Virus record (IMG/VR): IMGVR_UViG_3300025288_000012
Location: 1-64,000 of that record
From: a virus
Direction: 5' to 3' (one strand)
Length of the DNA: 64,000 nucleotides
In this document: positions 17,500 through 26,996 of the stretch, in pieces
Position numbering within the stretch: position 1 is the stretch's first letter
How the letters are laid out: every line of letters starts with the position of its first letter
Program-made: the position numbers and the translations under genes
The notes under the pieces: model-generated
Databases searched by the model: none
What the model was told of the DNA's origin: nothing
What the model saw: the letters and a program-made list of their open reading frames with translations, nothing else

Positions 17500-18520
17500 C
17501 TTTACCACAACGACCTGCAGTCATGACCTGCCAGTGGTAGTCGTCAGGGAACAAGGAGCTGTCTACACCGGAGTCAAGCGACTACGCATTTTGCGTAAAC
17601 ACCCGCAACTCGTTTTCGGTCTCACAGGACCCAGTAAATATTCTACGAACGTCTATTGAACTTCTCCTATTGTCATTTACCGTTTGGGCAATCACCGCGC
17701 TTAGTGTGTCCATCCACACCGATACCTTCTCTATGAACACAGGTTGCTCCGTAGAACCTTTCGGCCCACCTTATACGATTATTACGGGAATGCCCAGAGC
17801 GGAAACATTCCTATGAACTGCTTTTTACCAGCTGCACTAATTCTGTGGGTATTTAATCCACTTGTTGCAGCACAGGTACTTCCCCTTGCAGTCCGTACAC
17901 CTTCTCTCTACTGAGTTCATGCTGCTATCTCAAGGACGGCTCCACCCCATCCGGAGACGGGGCTTCAAAGCCTCACAGCTATCCTACGAATCCCTCAGTT
18001 TTTCTGGTACTAGCAAATCAATAGCAGGGCGTCAGTACCGGCCATTGGCACTCAGGCGACTTTGCGTATTTGCGTTCGCAGTGAAAGCTTGGCTCGGTTT
18101 AAGCTTGTTAGGTAGTAGCACTACCCGCACCCGTAAGTCACTCTGTCATATGTAGACCAGAAGTTCAGTTCGGTACGTTTCACCTTAGCCTCAACCGAAT
18201 TTGAGAAGCTCGCAGCGTGGCGCAGGATGTTGGCGATCCACTTTAATCAGGTGCGTTCACCGTACCCAAACTGCTGTTCACCCATGATGTTAGGTCCGCC
18301 GTATCCTATTTCTAGGAGACAGGCTCCGATTTCTCAGCTACCACTTCCTCGGATCAGTACACACCCAATCTCTAACTTATGCTTCGAGCTTAAGGGCTTC
18401 CTCGTCCATCATGTTTTACCGTCTTTCGATTGCACCCTTACGCCGGCAGAGGTCGCTAAAACCGACTCCACGAATCCTCTTAGAATCCGATGCCAACTAC
18501 AGGTGCATTTTTCGGTGGTG
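17500..18520 (-). ncRNA. Candidate large (~1 kb) structured non-coding RNA
   Basis: No - strand ORF >=60 aa in a dense - strand operon. Hairpins capped by GAAA and cUCCGg tetraloops; 11-bp 5'/3' closing helix; tRNAs directly downstream. Confidence 0.5.
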
Positions 18521-19017
18521 CGCTTACAATACAACTTAATGATGCTGATGTGCCCGAGGCTACTTCACATCTGATAAGTTGCCTAATCCGTTTCTGTTTG
18601 ATCGGAGGCCGCCATAAGCCAAGCAGCGTTGTGCTGGTTGAACTTATGGACTAAGAATCCTCCTTGGCTGTCCTCATGCCTTATTGACAACCCATGCTTA
18701 TTACTGACCTCAATAACTTCAGCTCATGTCTGGTACTTGGGTTGCATTCACCGAAGCTAGTGCTCGTTACACGGCTGCATCGAACTGCTCAATGCTTCTG
18801 TTCAGATATTTACAGTTATTCTTAACCATATTGCGCCAGTATAGCGCACTATTATTCAGCCCCTTGTGCAAGCGGTGTTTCCAACTAACACCACCTAAGG
18901 CTGCGCGTTAGCCCGAAGACATTCCTTGCAGTAACAGGTGGAGTAGGCAACTGCGGGAACACACCGATTCCTCTAGACTTACGGTTTTACCGCATACTTC
19001 GCAGATCCTGATATTCC

Positions 19018-19230
19018 TCAGTGCTCAGGAGGTGCAGACGGAGAGATAGTGCTTATAGCCTGTTTGTACAGCAGCTGGTCAGTGTAATCCCTGCTTTCTA
19101 GTATTATGGATCTTGAATCCTGCCGCTTGAGTATTCCAACTAAGCGTATGCCATTGATAAGGAAAACACTGCACACAGTTTTGGCTGCGATAAGGTCGTC
19201 GATAAAGTGTTGTTGTGAAGATTCATCCAT
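19018..19230 (-). CDS. hfq: RNA chaperone Hfq homologue
   Basis: QQHFIDDL...SVFLINGIRLVGIL...D...I.L...QLLYKQAISTI aligns by eye with Hfq Sm1/Sm2 (IYLVNGIKLQG, MVYKHAISTV). Confidence 0.88.
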   Translation of the reverse strand: MDESSQQHFIDDLIAAKTVCSVFLINGIRLVGILKRQDSRSIILESRDYTDQLLYKQAISTISPSAPPEH

Positions 19231-19432
19231 TGTGGTCTTCCTGTGCGTTGTGAGGTAAAAGGTTGGTGAAGTTGTTCAGCACACCTTTAAAGTACTGTAC
19301 TGTTAGAGTCCACGCCGACCCCAACGTAGGAGACATTACCTGGAACACTTCATAGGCCGGAAGTGTCTCGCACCAGGCATTCTAGACCATCTAGCAGACT
19401 TCACCTTGCTGCTAGCCGGACTACCGACCTAC

Positions 19433-19774
19433 TTACTCTAGAGCATCTTGTTCGTTGTCGCAGGTAAATACTGCGTAACCTAGTCTAGTTGCTACTAAGT
19501 GAGGAACACCGTCATAGATTATTGCACTTGAAATGAACCCTGCTGTAAGAAGTCTTGACACGGAGTCATTATTCAAAAAACGTATTAGACTCTTCGCAAG
19601 GGCCATTATCCAATATGTAGGAAAACTGGTCCCAGTCCATGATGGTGTTAGATGCAGACTTCCCTCACTTTCCTTTAAGAAGTCCACACACTCAGACTTG
19701 TTAGGGACGAGGCCATACAGAAACTCTATGGTTGTCCTCAAGTCATTGAGGTTTGTTGCCTCGTGCAGAAACAT
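19433..19774 (-). CDS. Hypothetical protein
   Basis: ORF coupled to the upstream gene. Confidence 0.5.
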   Translation of the reverse strand: MFLHEATNLNDLRTTIEFLYGLVPNKSECVDFLKESEGSLHLTPSWTGTSFPTYWIMALAKSLIRFLNNDSVSRLLTAGFISSAIIYDGVPHLVATRLGYAVFTCDNEQDALE

Positions 19775-19980
19775 CAGTTTGATGTAACCTTAGTCTTTGC
19801 ACGAAGGGCAAGTACTCCAGCGTTCAAACTCGAAACGGCGACGTTGTATCCTTCGTCGGCACGGGCAAGACGCGCTGAGGCAGAGTTGAAAACAGTCTGA
19901 GCAGACTTCAGCTCAGAGGCAGCCTTTTCAAGGTCCTCTTGAAGTACACCCAAAGACATAGAAGCATTGGCTTTTGACAT
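19774..19980 (-). CDS. Small coiled-coil protein
   Basis: AAGGA SD; heptad pattern. Confidence 0.6.
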   Translation of the reverse strand: MSKANASMSLGVLQEDLEKAASELKSAQTVFNSASARLARADEGYNVAVSSLNAGVLALRAKTKVTSN

Positions 19981-20176
19981 TTTGTTTCCTTAAGTTAGAA
20001 CAATAATAGATGAATGGTCCAGTAGCAGAGTGCTACTGTTGCTACTAAACCCAGCACAGTAGCAACAAGCAAAAATATCTCGTACTTTTGTGCTTCATTG
20101 CGGTTTGACCACATGGTGATTTTATAGAGCCGCTGCTACGACAGTAGGCGTTGATACTGCCTCGTGCCGATCGGTG

Positions 20177-20407
20177 TTATGGCTGTCCACGTTGTGGCCT
20201 GTCCGTTGTAGTAGTACCATCAACATTGATTTCATTTCTTTCTCCTGAGACTAATGCTATAGGGTGCCATTTTCCATCAAGCACATTCACTATGGGTAGT
20301 GATTTTGCAACATCAGCTACTTTCAAGGCTGCGGAGCTTACTGCTTTAGGTACGGAGACAAGTGCAACGGCAGCAAGGAACGATTGTAGAAACGATTTTC
20401 TATTCAT
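20177..20407 (-). CDS. Small protein with Tat-like signal peptide
   Basis: MNRKSFLQSFLAAVALVSVPKAVSSAA (N-R-K-x-F-L, hydrophobic core); start ATG 20407. Confidence 0.55.
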   Translation of the reverse strand: MNRKSFLQSFLAAVALVSVPKAVSSAALKVADVAKSLPIVNVLDGKWHPIALVSGERNEINVDGTTTTDRPQRGQP

Positions 20408-20409
20408 GC

Positions 20410-20447
20410 CGGCAACTCCTAGCCGATCCGGCAACTCCTAGCCGATC
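20410..20447. repeat. Perfect 19-bp tandem duplication containing the RBS
   Basis: CGGCAACTCCTAGCCGATC x2; reads AGGAG on the - strand. Confidence 0.9.
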
Positions 20448-20459
20448 GTTAATAACACG

Positions 20460-20806
20460 CTATCGCCTGAAGCCAGGCCGTGGAAAGGCGGTAACGTTAG
20501 TTGGTACAGGCTCTTGAGCTACTTCTTCCAGAACCTCCATAGCATCACGTGCCTTAAGCAGCTCAAGCACAGACTTTGGGTCATGCCCATAATTCTTTAG
20601 TTCTTCTTTGCAGGCTGTCAGTGCAAGAGAGGCCAACACCTGGCCAACAACTGTTGTGAAAGGCAGGTCAACGAAGAACCGGTACTTGCTTTCTTGTCTT
20701 GAAGTAAGGAATAACTTCAGGAAAGCATCTCGATGCTCCGTGTTATTTGGGTCAAACTCTACATACTGTTTCCGATTAGATTACGCAGCAATACGTTGCT
20801 TGTCAT
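20460..20806 (-). pseudogene. Conserved phage hypothetical protein with 1-nt frameshift at ~20778
   Basis: MTSNVLLRNL then, in the shifted frame, RKQYVEFDPNNTEHRDAFLKLFLT...RFFVDLPF...PGFRR*. Absent from the ORF track. Confidence 0.65.
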
Positions 20807-20829
20807 TTGTTGTACCCTTTTGCGTTGGT

Positions 20830-21201
20830 TTAAGCAGGACGTACTAAGTACCATACCATTGCCACATAGGTAAGGTAGTGAAGAAGTTGATCGAAACAAG
20901 TCAAGGTCCAAAATTGTTCGGGAGTGTTGCATGCCCAATTCATCTTCCGGGTTATGTTCATATTCAACCAGTCAAGGTGGTAATGAGCGAAAGCTTCAGC
21001 AAATACAACTACGGCTAGATCCATTAGTGATGTACTAAAGTAGGCCACAAGGACCAGCATACTAATGATACCATGTATTGCTACATGAAGCAGTCAACTT
21101 GGGTGTCCGTAGGTACCCTTGTTAAGGTATTGGTACTGAAGAGGTAAGTCAGCAAGGAAATGCTTTACAGCTAACAGCGTAAAAAGTTCAAGTTCTACCA
21201 G
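20830..21201 (-). pseudogene. DUF3307-like membrane protein with premature TGA (21094-21096) and non-ATG start
   Basis: KHFLADLPLQ...KGTYGHPS*LLHVAIHG...HYHLDW...FDQLLHYLTY in one frame. Confidence 0.75.
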
Positions 21202-21260
21202 TGGTCCTTTGCGAATGGACCCTACGAAACTGTGCAGCAACGTAGGGTCCGTCTACCTTG

Positions 21261-22097
21261 TTATCGACGAGCCCGTGCCTTGGCCTCACGAGGAGCACGA
21301 GAATTACGTGCTACCTTACCTGCTGCCTTTTCAGCAGCCCGGTCCAGCTTAGCTTGCTCTCGGTCTGCGATACGCTGAGCCTTGATAGCTTCACGCTCTT
21401 CTTCACGGGCGATCTGAAGTTCTTCCTTCTCTTCATCCCGAAGTGCATCTAGGCTAATGCACTTTGTCAATGCACCAGGAAGGAAACGTGCGGAACGACG
21501 AAGCTTGCGAAGCTCGGGATCTTTCTTGTCCACGATCTCAACCAAGTCGTCAGGCTTCTTGGGAAGCGAACGCCAGACAGTCTTGACACCCACACGAATG
21601 GCGCGATCCTTGGTAGCCATACCGAAACGAAGCAGAACTTCGTAGTTGGTATTGGGCGTGAAGCGACGAATGATGTTGGGTGCATACGTCAGCATCAGCA
21701 TACGCGACACTAGCGCTGCCGCAGTTTCAGGATCTTTTTCGACCAGGTCATACGACGGTGCGTTTTCGTTGTTCCACTTGCCTCGGATCAGTTCGACGGT
21801 GTAGCCTGGGGCAACAAATCCATCCTTGGCGATCCTGAATCCCACGATAGCGAAGCAGGAACGGAAACCTTCAGGAGCCTTAAACAGGAATTTCGGTGTG
21901 GGCTTGCGGGCGGGGCGCGCGGCTACTCGACCAGTAGGCTTCCCACGTCCCTCTACCACAGGACGACCGAAGGCACCACGTTTGACTGAGGCTTCTTTTT
22001 CCGCTGTTTTCTTCGTGGTAGCAGGCTTGCGGCTGGTCGGCTGTACTGCTGCAGTGCGGCTGGTCGGTTTTGCTCGTTTGGTTGACGTTATTGCCAT
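21261..22097 (-). CDS. Basic protein with K/R/A-rich termini (putative nucleic-acid binding)
   Basis: Low-complexity basic N-terminus, globular core, charged helical C-terminus. Confidence 0.55.
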   Translation of the reverse strand: MAITSTKRAKPTSRTAAVQPTSRKPATTKKTAEKEASVKRGAFGRPVVEGRGKPTGRVAARPARKPTPKFLFKAPEGFRSCFAIVGFRIAKDGFVAPGYTVELIRGKWNNENAPSYDLVEKDPETAAALVSRMLMLTYAPNIIRRFTPNTNYEVLLRFGMATKDRAIRVGVKTVWRSLPKKPDDLVEIVDKKDPELRKLRRSARFLPGALTKCISLDALRDEEKEELQIAREEEREAIKAQRIADREQAKLDRAAEKAAGKVARNSRAPREAKARARR

Positions 22098-22168
22098 GTT
22101 TTGTTCTCCAGATAGTACAAGGTGGTTGTTTGCGTGAAGTGTTGCATGTTATATTTACAGTTTGGGTC

Positions 22169-22201
22169 AAAAAAAGGGCATGCCCTGTAGAAAGCATGCC
22201 C
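22169..22201 (-). terminator. Rho-independent terminator
   Basis: GGGCATGC/GCATGCCC stem followed by a U tract on the - strand. Confidence 0.7.
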
Positions 22202-22316
22202 TCAAACGGATTGTCCAATCCGAAACCAAGGAGTGACAAGTTGGTAAACGATGCCAGTCAATTCACCAACTCGTGTGTAAATTATCATTACGTTGAGGCC
22301 GCCAGCTGCGTCCAAG

Positions 22317-22649
22317 TTACTCCTGTACTAGTCCATGAAAATAGGGATAGACATGTATGATGTTTTCATCAACTTCTTCTCTTGAGGCTACTCGTAAAGT
22401 AGTTGATTTGCCAGAACACTCCACACTCAACAAGTTTATTGAACCAGCCGCCACAGGCGTAGCCGTTGCTAACTGGTCACCTTCCATAGCGCGCAGTGCA
22501 TTGAATACCTGCTCATGAATTAGGATGGCAGGGAAAATAATGGGCACGTCACGAGGTATGGGCCAATCAATACGCATCATTATGTACTTGAACTCGGCCA
22601 TTTTATTTGCGCTGTAGACTTTGAGTGAGTAGAGATCGCTGCTGCTCAA
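22317..22649 (-). CDS. Hypothetical phage protein
   Basis: KYIMM...PIIFPAILIHEQV...AAGSI...CSGKSTTL pattern. Confidence 0.55.
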   Translation of the reverse strand: MSSSDLYSLKVYSANKMAEFKYIMMRIDWPIPRDVPIIFPAILIHEQVFNALRAMEGDQLATATPVAAGSINLLSVECSGKSTTLRVASREEVDENIIHVYPYFHGLVQE

Positions 22650-22812
22650 CTGACCACTTGTTCCATCCTATAGAGGAGCGTATTTCGTGTGCCTCAGCGA
22701 AATCTGCCAGATCTTCTCTATAGGATTCTTCAGTTTCACCTTCGTAAGGACTGCGGAAGTTGTGATTTAGGGCACGTTTCAGAGAATTCATGTAAGGAAA
22801 GTCACTAGGCAT
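22603..22812 (-). CDS. Hypothetical protein
   Basis: ORF abutting the upstream gene. Confidence 0.45.
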   Translation of the reverse strand: MPSDFPYMNSLKRALNHNFRSPYEGETEESYREDLADFAEAHEIRSSIGWNKWSVEQQRSLLTQSLQRK

Positions 22813-22813
22813 T

Positions 22814-23434
22814 CTAATCCTCCCGTATGTGGTTGAATGGGCCCATGAACAGTCCAGCCTTCATTGGGTACTGCAAACGATTGGCGAATATAGTACACGG
22901 AGGATCTTTACCCGTAACGACTACCCTTGGTATGGCGGAGAACTTTTCCAGAAGGTCTCGTACTTTCTCCAACTTCATGGGAGTGCTCTCGGGACCTACG
23001 TTAGTTATAATCAACATGCAGGGCATTTCTGCGATAGGCTTGTCCCGAAGCGGGTCGGAGTATCCACCAAAGACACGATGCCACAAAGGAAGTCCTCTAC
23101 CGGGCTTGTGAGAATCTTTGTAGGCATCAATGGCAGCATTCATCACCATTATAGCAAGATACTTGGCCCTGAGATCAGAAGGGAAGCTTGAAATACCTAC
23201 AGTGTAGGAACTCCGTAGTGGATGGTCCAACAAACTCTGAAGCACCTTCAGCTGCTTAACAACTGAAATGTTCCTAACAGGGGAGTTAGGAATGTCAGGC
23301 TCTATCTTCACCAGAGAATCAGCTATCGCGATCTTAGTACGTTTCGTAGGCATGTCTTGACCAGGTACACCTCGTGCTAAGAGTATTCGGGTACGAGCGG
23401 CATCAAAGCCTTTTATGTATAGTGGAGTCGTCAT
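22814..23434 (-). CDS. Conserved hypothetical protein of the replication module
   Basis: 206-aa ORF directly downstream of the helicase. Confidence 0.6.
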   Translation of the reverse strand: MTTPLYIKGFDAARTRILLARGVPGQDMPTKRTKIAIADSLVKIEPDIPNSPVRNISVVKQLKVLQSLLDHPLRSSYTVGISSFPSDLRAKYLAIMVMNAAIDAYKDSHKPGRGLPLWHRVFGGYSDPLRDKPIAEMPCMLIITNVGPESTPMKLEKVRDLLEKFSAIPRVVVTGKDPPCTIFANRLQYPMKAGLFMGPFNHIRED

Positions 23435-26400
23435 CTAAAGTCTCTTCTTCGTAGACTGTCCGAACAAACCAGACTGTCCTATGTTAGCCTTCACGGCCTT
23501 GAAATTTTCATCTACCTCATCAACGTCAGAGTTGCGGCGTCGACCCGTCCCTAGTAGCTTGAGTACAAGTTTTGCCTGAGCCTTGTTGTCAGAGAACTTG
23601 TACTTGAACTCTTTCATGTGATTTACAGTGTTACGGGCACACCCTACAGATTGACCTAAGTCGAAGTCAACGAACAACCTTATTATGGGAGTGCATTTGC
23701 CTTCCAAGGAAGTTCGTATCCTGGAAGTCTCCTGCATCAAGTTGGGCTTGTTTGATATAGGTGTTATCTCATAGATAGCGCTCCACTGAGGTACGTTAAG
23801 TCCTCGCTGAAGTATGCGTCGTATACCTACGATGACTCGTGTCTTGCTGCACTTGACTCTATTTAGTATATCCTCACGCAGTTCCTTATTTTTTACACAG
23901 GCACCGCCAGTAAACTCCTCACAAATTACTGACCCCCACTCCTTGTTTATGCGCTCGCGCAGTTCAGTTACGTGCTTGCGAAAGGAAACGGGGATAACTA
24001 TGTTGTGACCCATTTTCAAGTCACGAATTACCTGCTCAACTACCAGTTCGTTTCGCTTCTTATCCTTTGCCAGTGCTTGCATTGCGAACACCCAAGAACG
24101 CCTTCCTTGGTTGTAGGCAGATTTGGGCACAAATTGAGTCTCGTGGAGATACACGACAGGAGTCAACGCCTCACGGTGAGAACGTGCTACTACTGGACCA
24201 AGTACCTTCTTCAGAATCTTGTGACGTCCATCCTTGCGGGAAACAGTCGCTGTTACACCGAACTTGTACAACGAGGGGAATTTAGATAGGATCTGAGAGA
24301 ATTGGGTAGCAGCGGCAGAGTGAACTTCGTCTACTGCTACTGTACCAATGTGAGGAAGCAACTTCTTGAACCGTTCCCTACCAGTCTTGGTATTGAAGAA
24401 CTGCTGATAGGGCATAAGAAAGAACTGGAAGTTCTCATAGTCAGCATCGGTCTTAGGGAAGCCGAACAACTTCTTGCCGCACCGGTCTTCAAGCTCAGGC
24501 AAATTCGTGCACTTTGGAGTACCAGATTTTTCATCACCTGTTATGTGGTACTCGAATTGTTTGAGGAATTCATGCTGGTCAGCTAGTATCAAAGCGCGTT
24601 GGCCTAGCTGGAGGCATAGATTCAGCATCACAAGGGTATTGTGGCTTACAATACCGTTAGCCACGAAATTTTTCCCTTCTGGTACTGCAATGTCATAAAC
24701 CCAGGTCGGCTTATTGATGTGCTTTACATTTGAAACTCTCTCGAAATAAAACTTCGAACTCGAAGCTTTAGCTAGCCTAGAGGCAGAAGTCTCGTCCAGA
24801 GCAGAGAACGACTCAAAATTTATGGTATGTAAATCTCTTCTTGCAATATAACCATCTATAAACAAAGACTCCATTCCAACTTTTCTTGAATAAAGGCACA
24901 ACCTAGACAACATTTTGCGTTTGCCCTTTATTAAATATACACCTGAGCCTTGGTGATGTTCAAAAAAAGCTTGCCTAAGCAAAGATCCAGCGTAGGGTAT
25001 TACGTCATGGCTTCGTATATCAACTGTAGCGTCAATCTTTGTATCTTTGAGGATTTTGAAAGTTGACAACATCAAGTCCCGGCTTTCAGCCGAACGTATC
25101 TTCATATCCCAATAAATGCGCTTTACTGGAGTGTTGCTGTTCCTAGCCCATCCCCAGTAAGAAGTTCTGGATGCAACGATACCATAGTTTAGAAGCACTA
25201 CTTGCAACTGATGGGCAAGTTTTGCACTAGCAGTGCTAAGTTGTATTGCATGACCTTGTTGGTAGTAAGAGTCGCAGCTTAAGTAAGCTTCAAGGAATGA
25301 CCTAACTATAGGCTCAGTAGAGGATAAGACAGACTGCGGTATACTCTCGAACTTACTGACTGTAAACTTCAGGCCAAAGGTCTGAAGAATAAGCACCAGA
25401 GACTTAGGTGTAACTACACTAGGGACAGCGTTGTCACTAAAATTGTCAATCGTCGAAAACTGCACTCGTCTAGAGCACACTTTTCTAACACAGTTTATAA
25501 AATCTTCCTGCACCTTTTTATTTCTTGAATAGAATCGAGCATTCTGATTTTCACACACCGTAGAATCATCAAGCCGTTTTAGATGGGCTGCAAGACTACC
25601 ATTAGCTACTAAGTACCCCATCAACCGTGCAATCTCAGGCGTCAATTTCCCTAATCGGGGTACAACAAAGTCATCAGTAGCCCATAGAGGTGTGCTCCTT
25701 TGTAGGCACAGCACGTCACCTTCTTCTAGGTGTCTAAGTTTTCGCCACACCAGTTTTAGTAGCGGTGTCAACACTAGCAAAGGATGGTCAGGTGTACCTT
25801 GAACGTCGAAACCTTTCTCCGTTACAACCTTTATAGTATGGTAAACTTTCTGCTTGTACGAATGTGAAGTGTGACTAATACCCCGAGCTGTCTTGACCAC
25901 TAGGTTAAGATCTCTGTATTCATCGTCACCCTGCTCAACTGAAGTCAACGACTTTAAATCTACTACACCTTTATTCGTGTAAACAAGTGTAGATCCAGTT
26001 AAACACTTGCCGGTTCTTGGTGGCGCTTCAATGAGGCCAAACTTCTGGTCCATGAACTTTGACACTAGCGGCTCTTGGTAGTCCCGCAGTGTTGCCAAGA
26101 ACTTGATCTTCTTGGTAAAGGGAGCCTGCTGACGTATGTCTTTGATGCGAAAGTCACTGTAGGACAACCCTGTGACTCTTGTGAAGTTTTTCTTGTCACC
26201 AATGGGAAGTCCAATGTACGCCACACCGCGTACTTCTTTCCTACTGTACAACTTTGTTACGCTAGTGAACGCTTCGCAGGTGTCGCACAGATACGAATGG
26301 CGATCCGGACGATACTCACATCGCTGGCACGCATTTTCATCATACATACGGATAGTGTAATGCTCCCGAACACTGTCTAGGTCCAAGTGTTTAGTTGGGA

Positions 26401-26446
26401 CATACACTTTGTCGCGTATGTATATGGTGCTCTTAGGTGTTGTCAC
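23435..26446 (-). CDS. SF2 (UvsW-like DEAH) helicase with one intein
   Basis: APPRTGK|T Walker A, VAVDEVH, GVTAT, RGLNVP, QETSRIR. Confidence 0.9.
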   Translation of the reverse strand: MTTPKSTIYIRDKVYVPTKHLDLDSVREHYTIRMYDENACQRCEYRPDRHSYLCDTCEAFTSVTKLYSRKEVRGVAYIGLPIGDKKNFTRVTGLSYSDFRIKDIRQQAPFTKKIKFLATLRDYQEPLVSKFMDQKFGLIEAPPRTGKCLTGSTLVYTNKGVVDLKSLTSVEQGDDEYRDLNLVVKTARGISHTSHSYKQKVYHTIKVVTEKGFDVQGTPDHPLLVLTPLLKLVWRKLRHLEEGDVLCLQRSTPLWATDDFVVPRLGKLTPEIARLMGYLVANGSLAAHLKRLDDSTVCENQNARFYSRNKKVQEDFINCVRKVCSRRVQFSTIDNFSDNAVPSVVTPKSLVLILQTFGLKFTVSKFESIPQSVLSSTEPIVRSFLEAYLSCDSYYQQGHAIQLSTASAKLAHQLQVVLLNYGIVASRTSYWGWARNSNTPVKRIYWDMKIRSAESRDLMLSTFKILKDTKIDATVDIRSHDVIPYAGSLLRQAFFEHHQGSGVYLIKGKRKMLSRLCLYSRKVGMESLFIDGYIARRDLHTINFESFSALDETSASRLAKASSSKFYFERVSNVKHINKPTWVYDIAVPEGKNFVANGIVSHNTLVMLNLCLQLGQRALILADQHEFLKQFEYHITGDEKSGTPKCTNLPELEDRCGKKLFGFPKTDADYENFQFFLMPYQQFFNTKTGRERFKKLLPHIGTVAVDEVHSAAATQFSQILSKFPSLYKFGVTATVSRKDGRHKILKKVLGPVVARSHREALTPVVYLHETQFVPKSAYNQGRRSWVFAMQALAKDKKRNELVVEQVIRDLKMGHNIVIPVSFRKHVTELRERINKEWGSVICEEFTGGACVKNKELREDILNRVKCSKTRVIVGIRRILQRGLNVPQWSAIYEITPISNKPNLMQETSRIRTSLEGKCTPIIRLFVDFDLGQSVGCARNTVNHMKEFKYKFSDNKAQAKLVLKLLGTGRRRNSDVDEVDENFKAVKANIGQSGLFGQSTKKRL
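24638..26005 (-). mobile_element. Intein (456 aa) with LAGLIDADG homing endonuclease in helicase Walker A
   Basis: GK|CLTGSTLV ... GTPDH (block B) ... LMGYLVANG and FLEAYLSCD blocks ... VYDIAV...NFVANGIVSHN|T. Confidence 0.92.
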
Positions 26447-26456
26447 TTCTTACGCC

Positions 26457-26996
26457 TTAAATGGTGTTCTCTCTACCGTGGTGAATCTTCAGAGCTTCGA
26501 TCAAGTTCTTCAGTGACCAACTAGCACGGTCAATGTCATTGATGACGGACTCTGTGGTGAACTTCAGCATGTCGACCTTCATTATGTATTTACGGAATTG
26601 CCTGAAAGTCATGTCCATGACAACTGATCGTTCGTCCTTTGTTCTGAACTGACGCAAATCGACCTGGTACGTGGACAAGAGATGGTGCTTCAGTGCCTCA
26701 AGGGCATCTTCAAGTGAAGTCTTAGCCCTGACGCACGTTATATTTATCTCAGTAAGGCGCGAACGATTTGACTGGTCTATCGTTATGGCCTTAACTACTG
26801 AATCGACAATCTTGGGATCAAGTGCGTTAAGTCTACGAATGGACCTAGTCTGGTGCAAGGACATTACTTCGTCCGTCAATGCCTCTACATGAAGACGGTA
26901 CATAGGGCTAGTGCTAAACAACTCCTTAAGCCTTTTGTACCGTTCGTCTCTACGGAGTATCCGTATTACTTCAGCAAGATCTTTTTGTAACATCAT
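26457..26996 (-). CDS. Helical hypothetical protein (possible UvsY-like mediator by position)
   Basis: All-helical 179 aa next to the UvsW-like gene; function inferred from synteny only. Confidence 0.35.
   Translation of the reverse strand: MMLQKDLAEVIRILRRDERYKRLKELFSTSPMYRLHVEALTDEVMSLHQTRSIRRLNALDPKIVDSVVKAITIDQSNRSRLTEINITCVRAKTSLEDALEALKHHLLSTYQVDLRQFRTKDERSVVMDMTFRQFRKYIMKVDMLKFTTESVINDIDRASWSLKNLIEALKIHHGRENTI

Noticed and set aside
17530..17680. Group I intron R/S-like words (GTTCAATAGAC, TAGTC)
   Set aside because: P7 does not form in the required order, and there are no flanking exons.
17880..17942. Group II intron domain V-like stretch (GAGCCGT...GTACGG) within the large RNA candidate
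   Set aside because: The AGC triad lacks its pairing partner (GAC instead of GUU), the stem is too long, and there is no DVI or matching 5' end at a workable distance.
17862..18911. + strand ORFs 17862..18155, 18227..18574 and 18726..18911
   Set aside because: TTG/GTG-type or SD-less starts, atypical composition, and opposite orientation to the whole operon.
15879..21201. Stop-codon reassignment explaining the in-frame stops
   Set aside because: Interrupting stops are a mix of TAA, TAG and TGA, and all three terminate intact core genes under the standard code.
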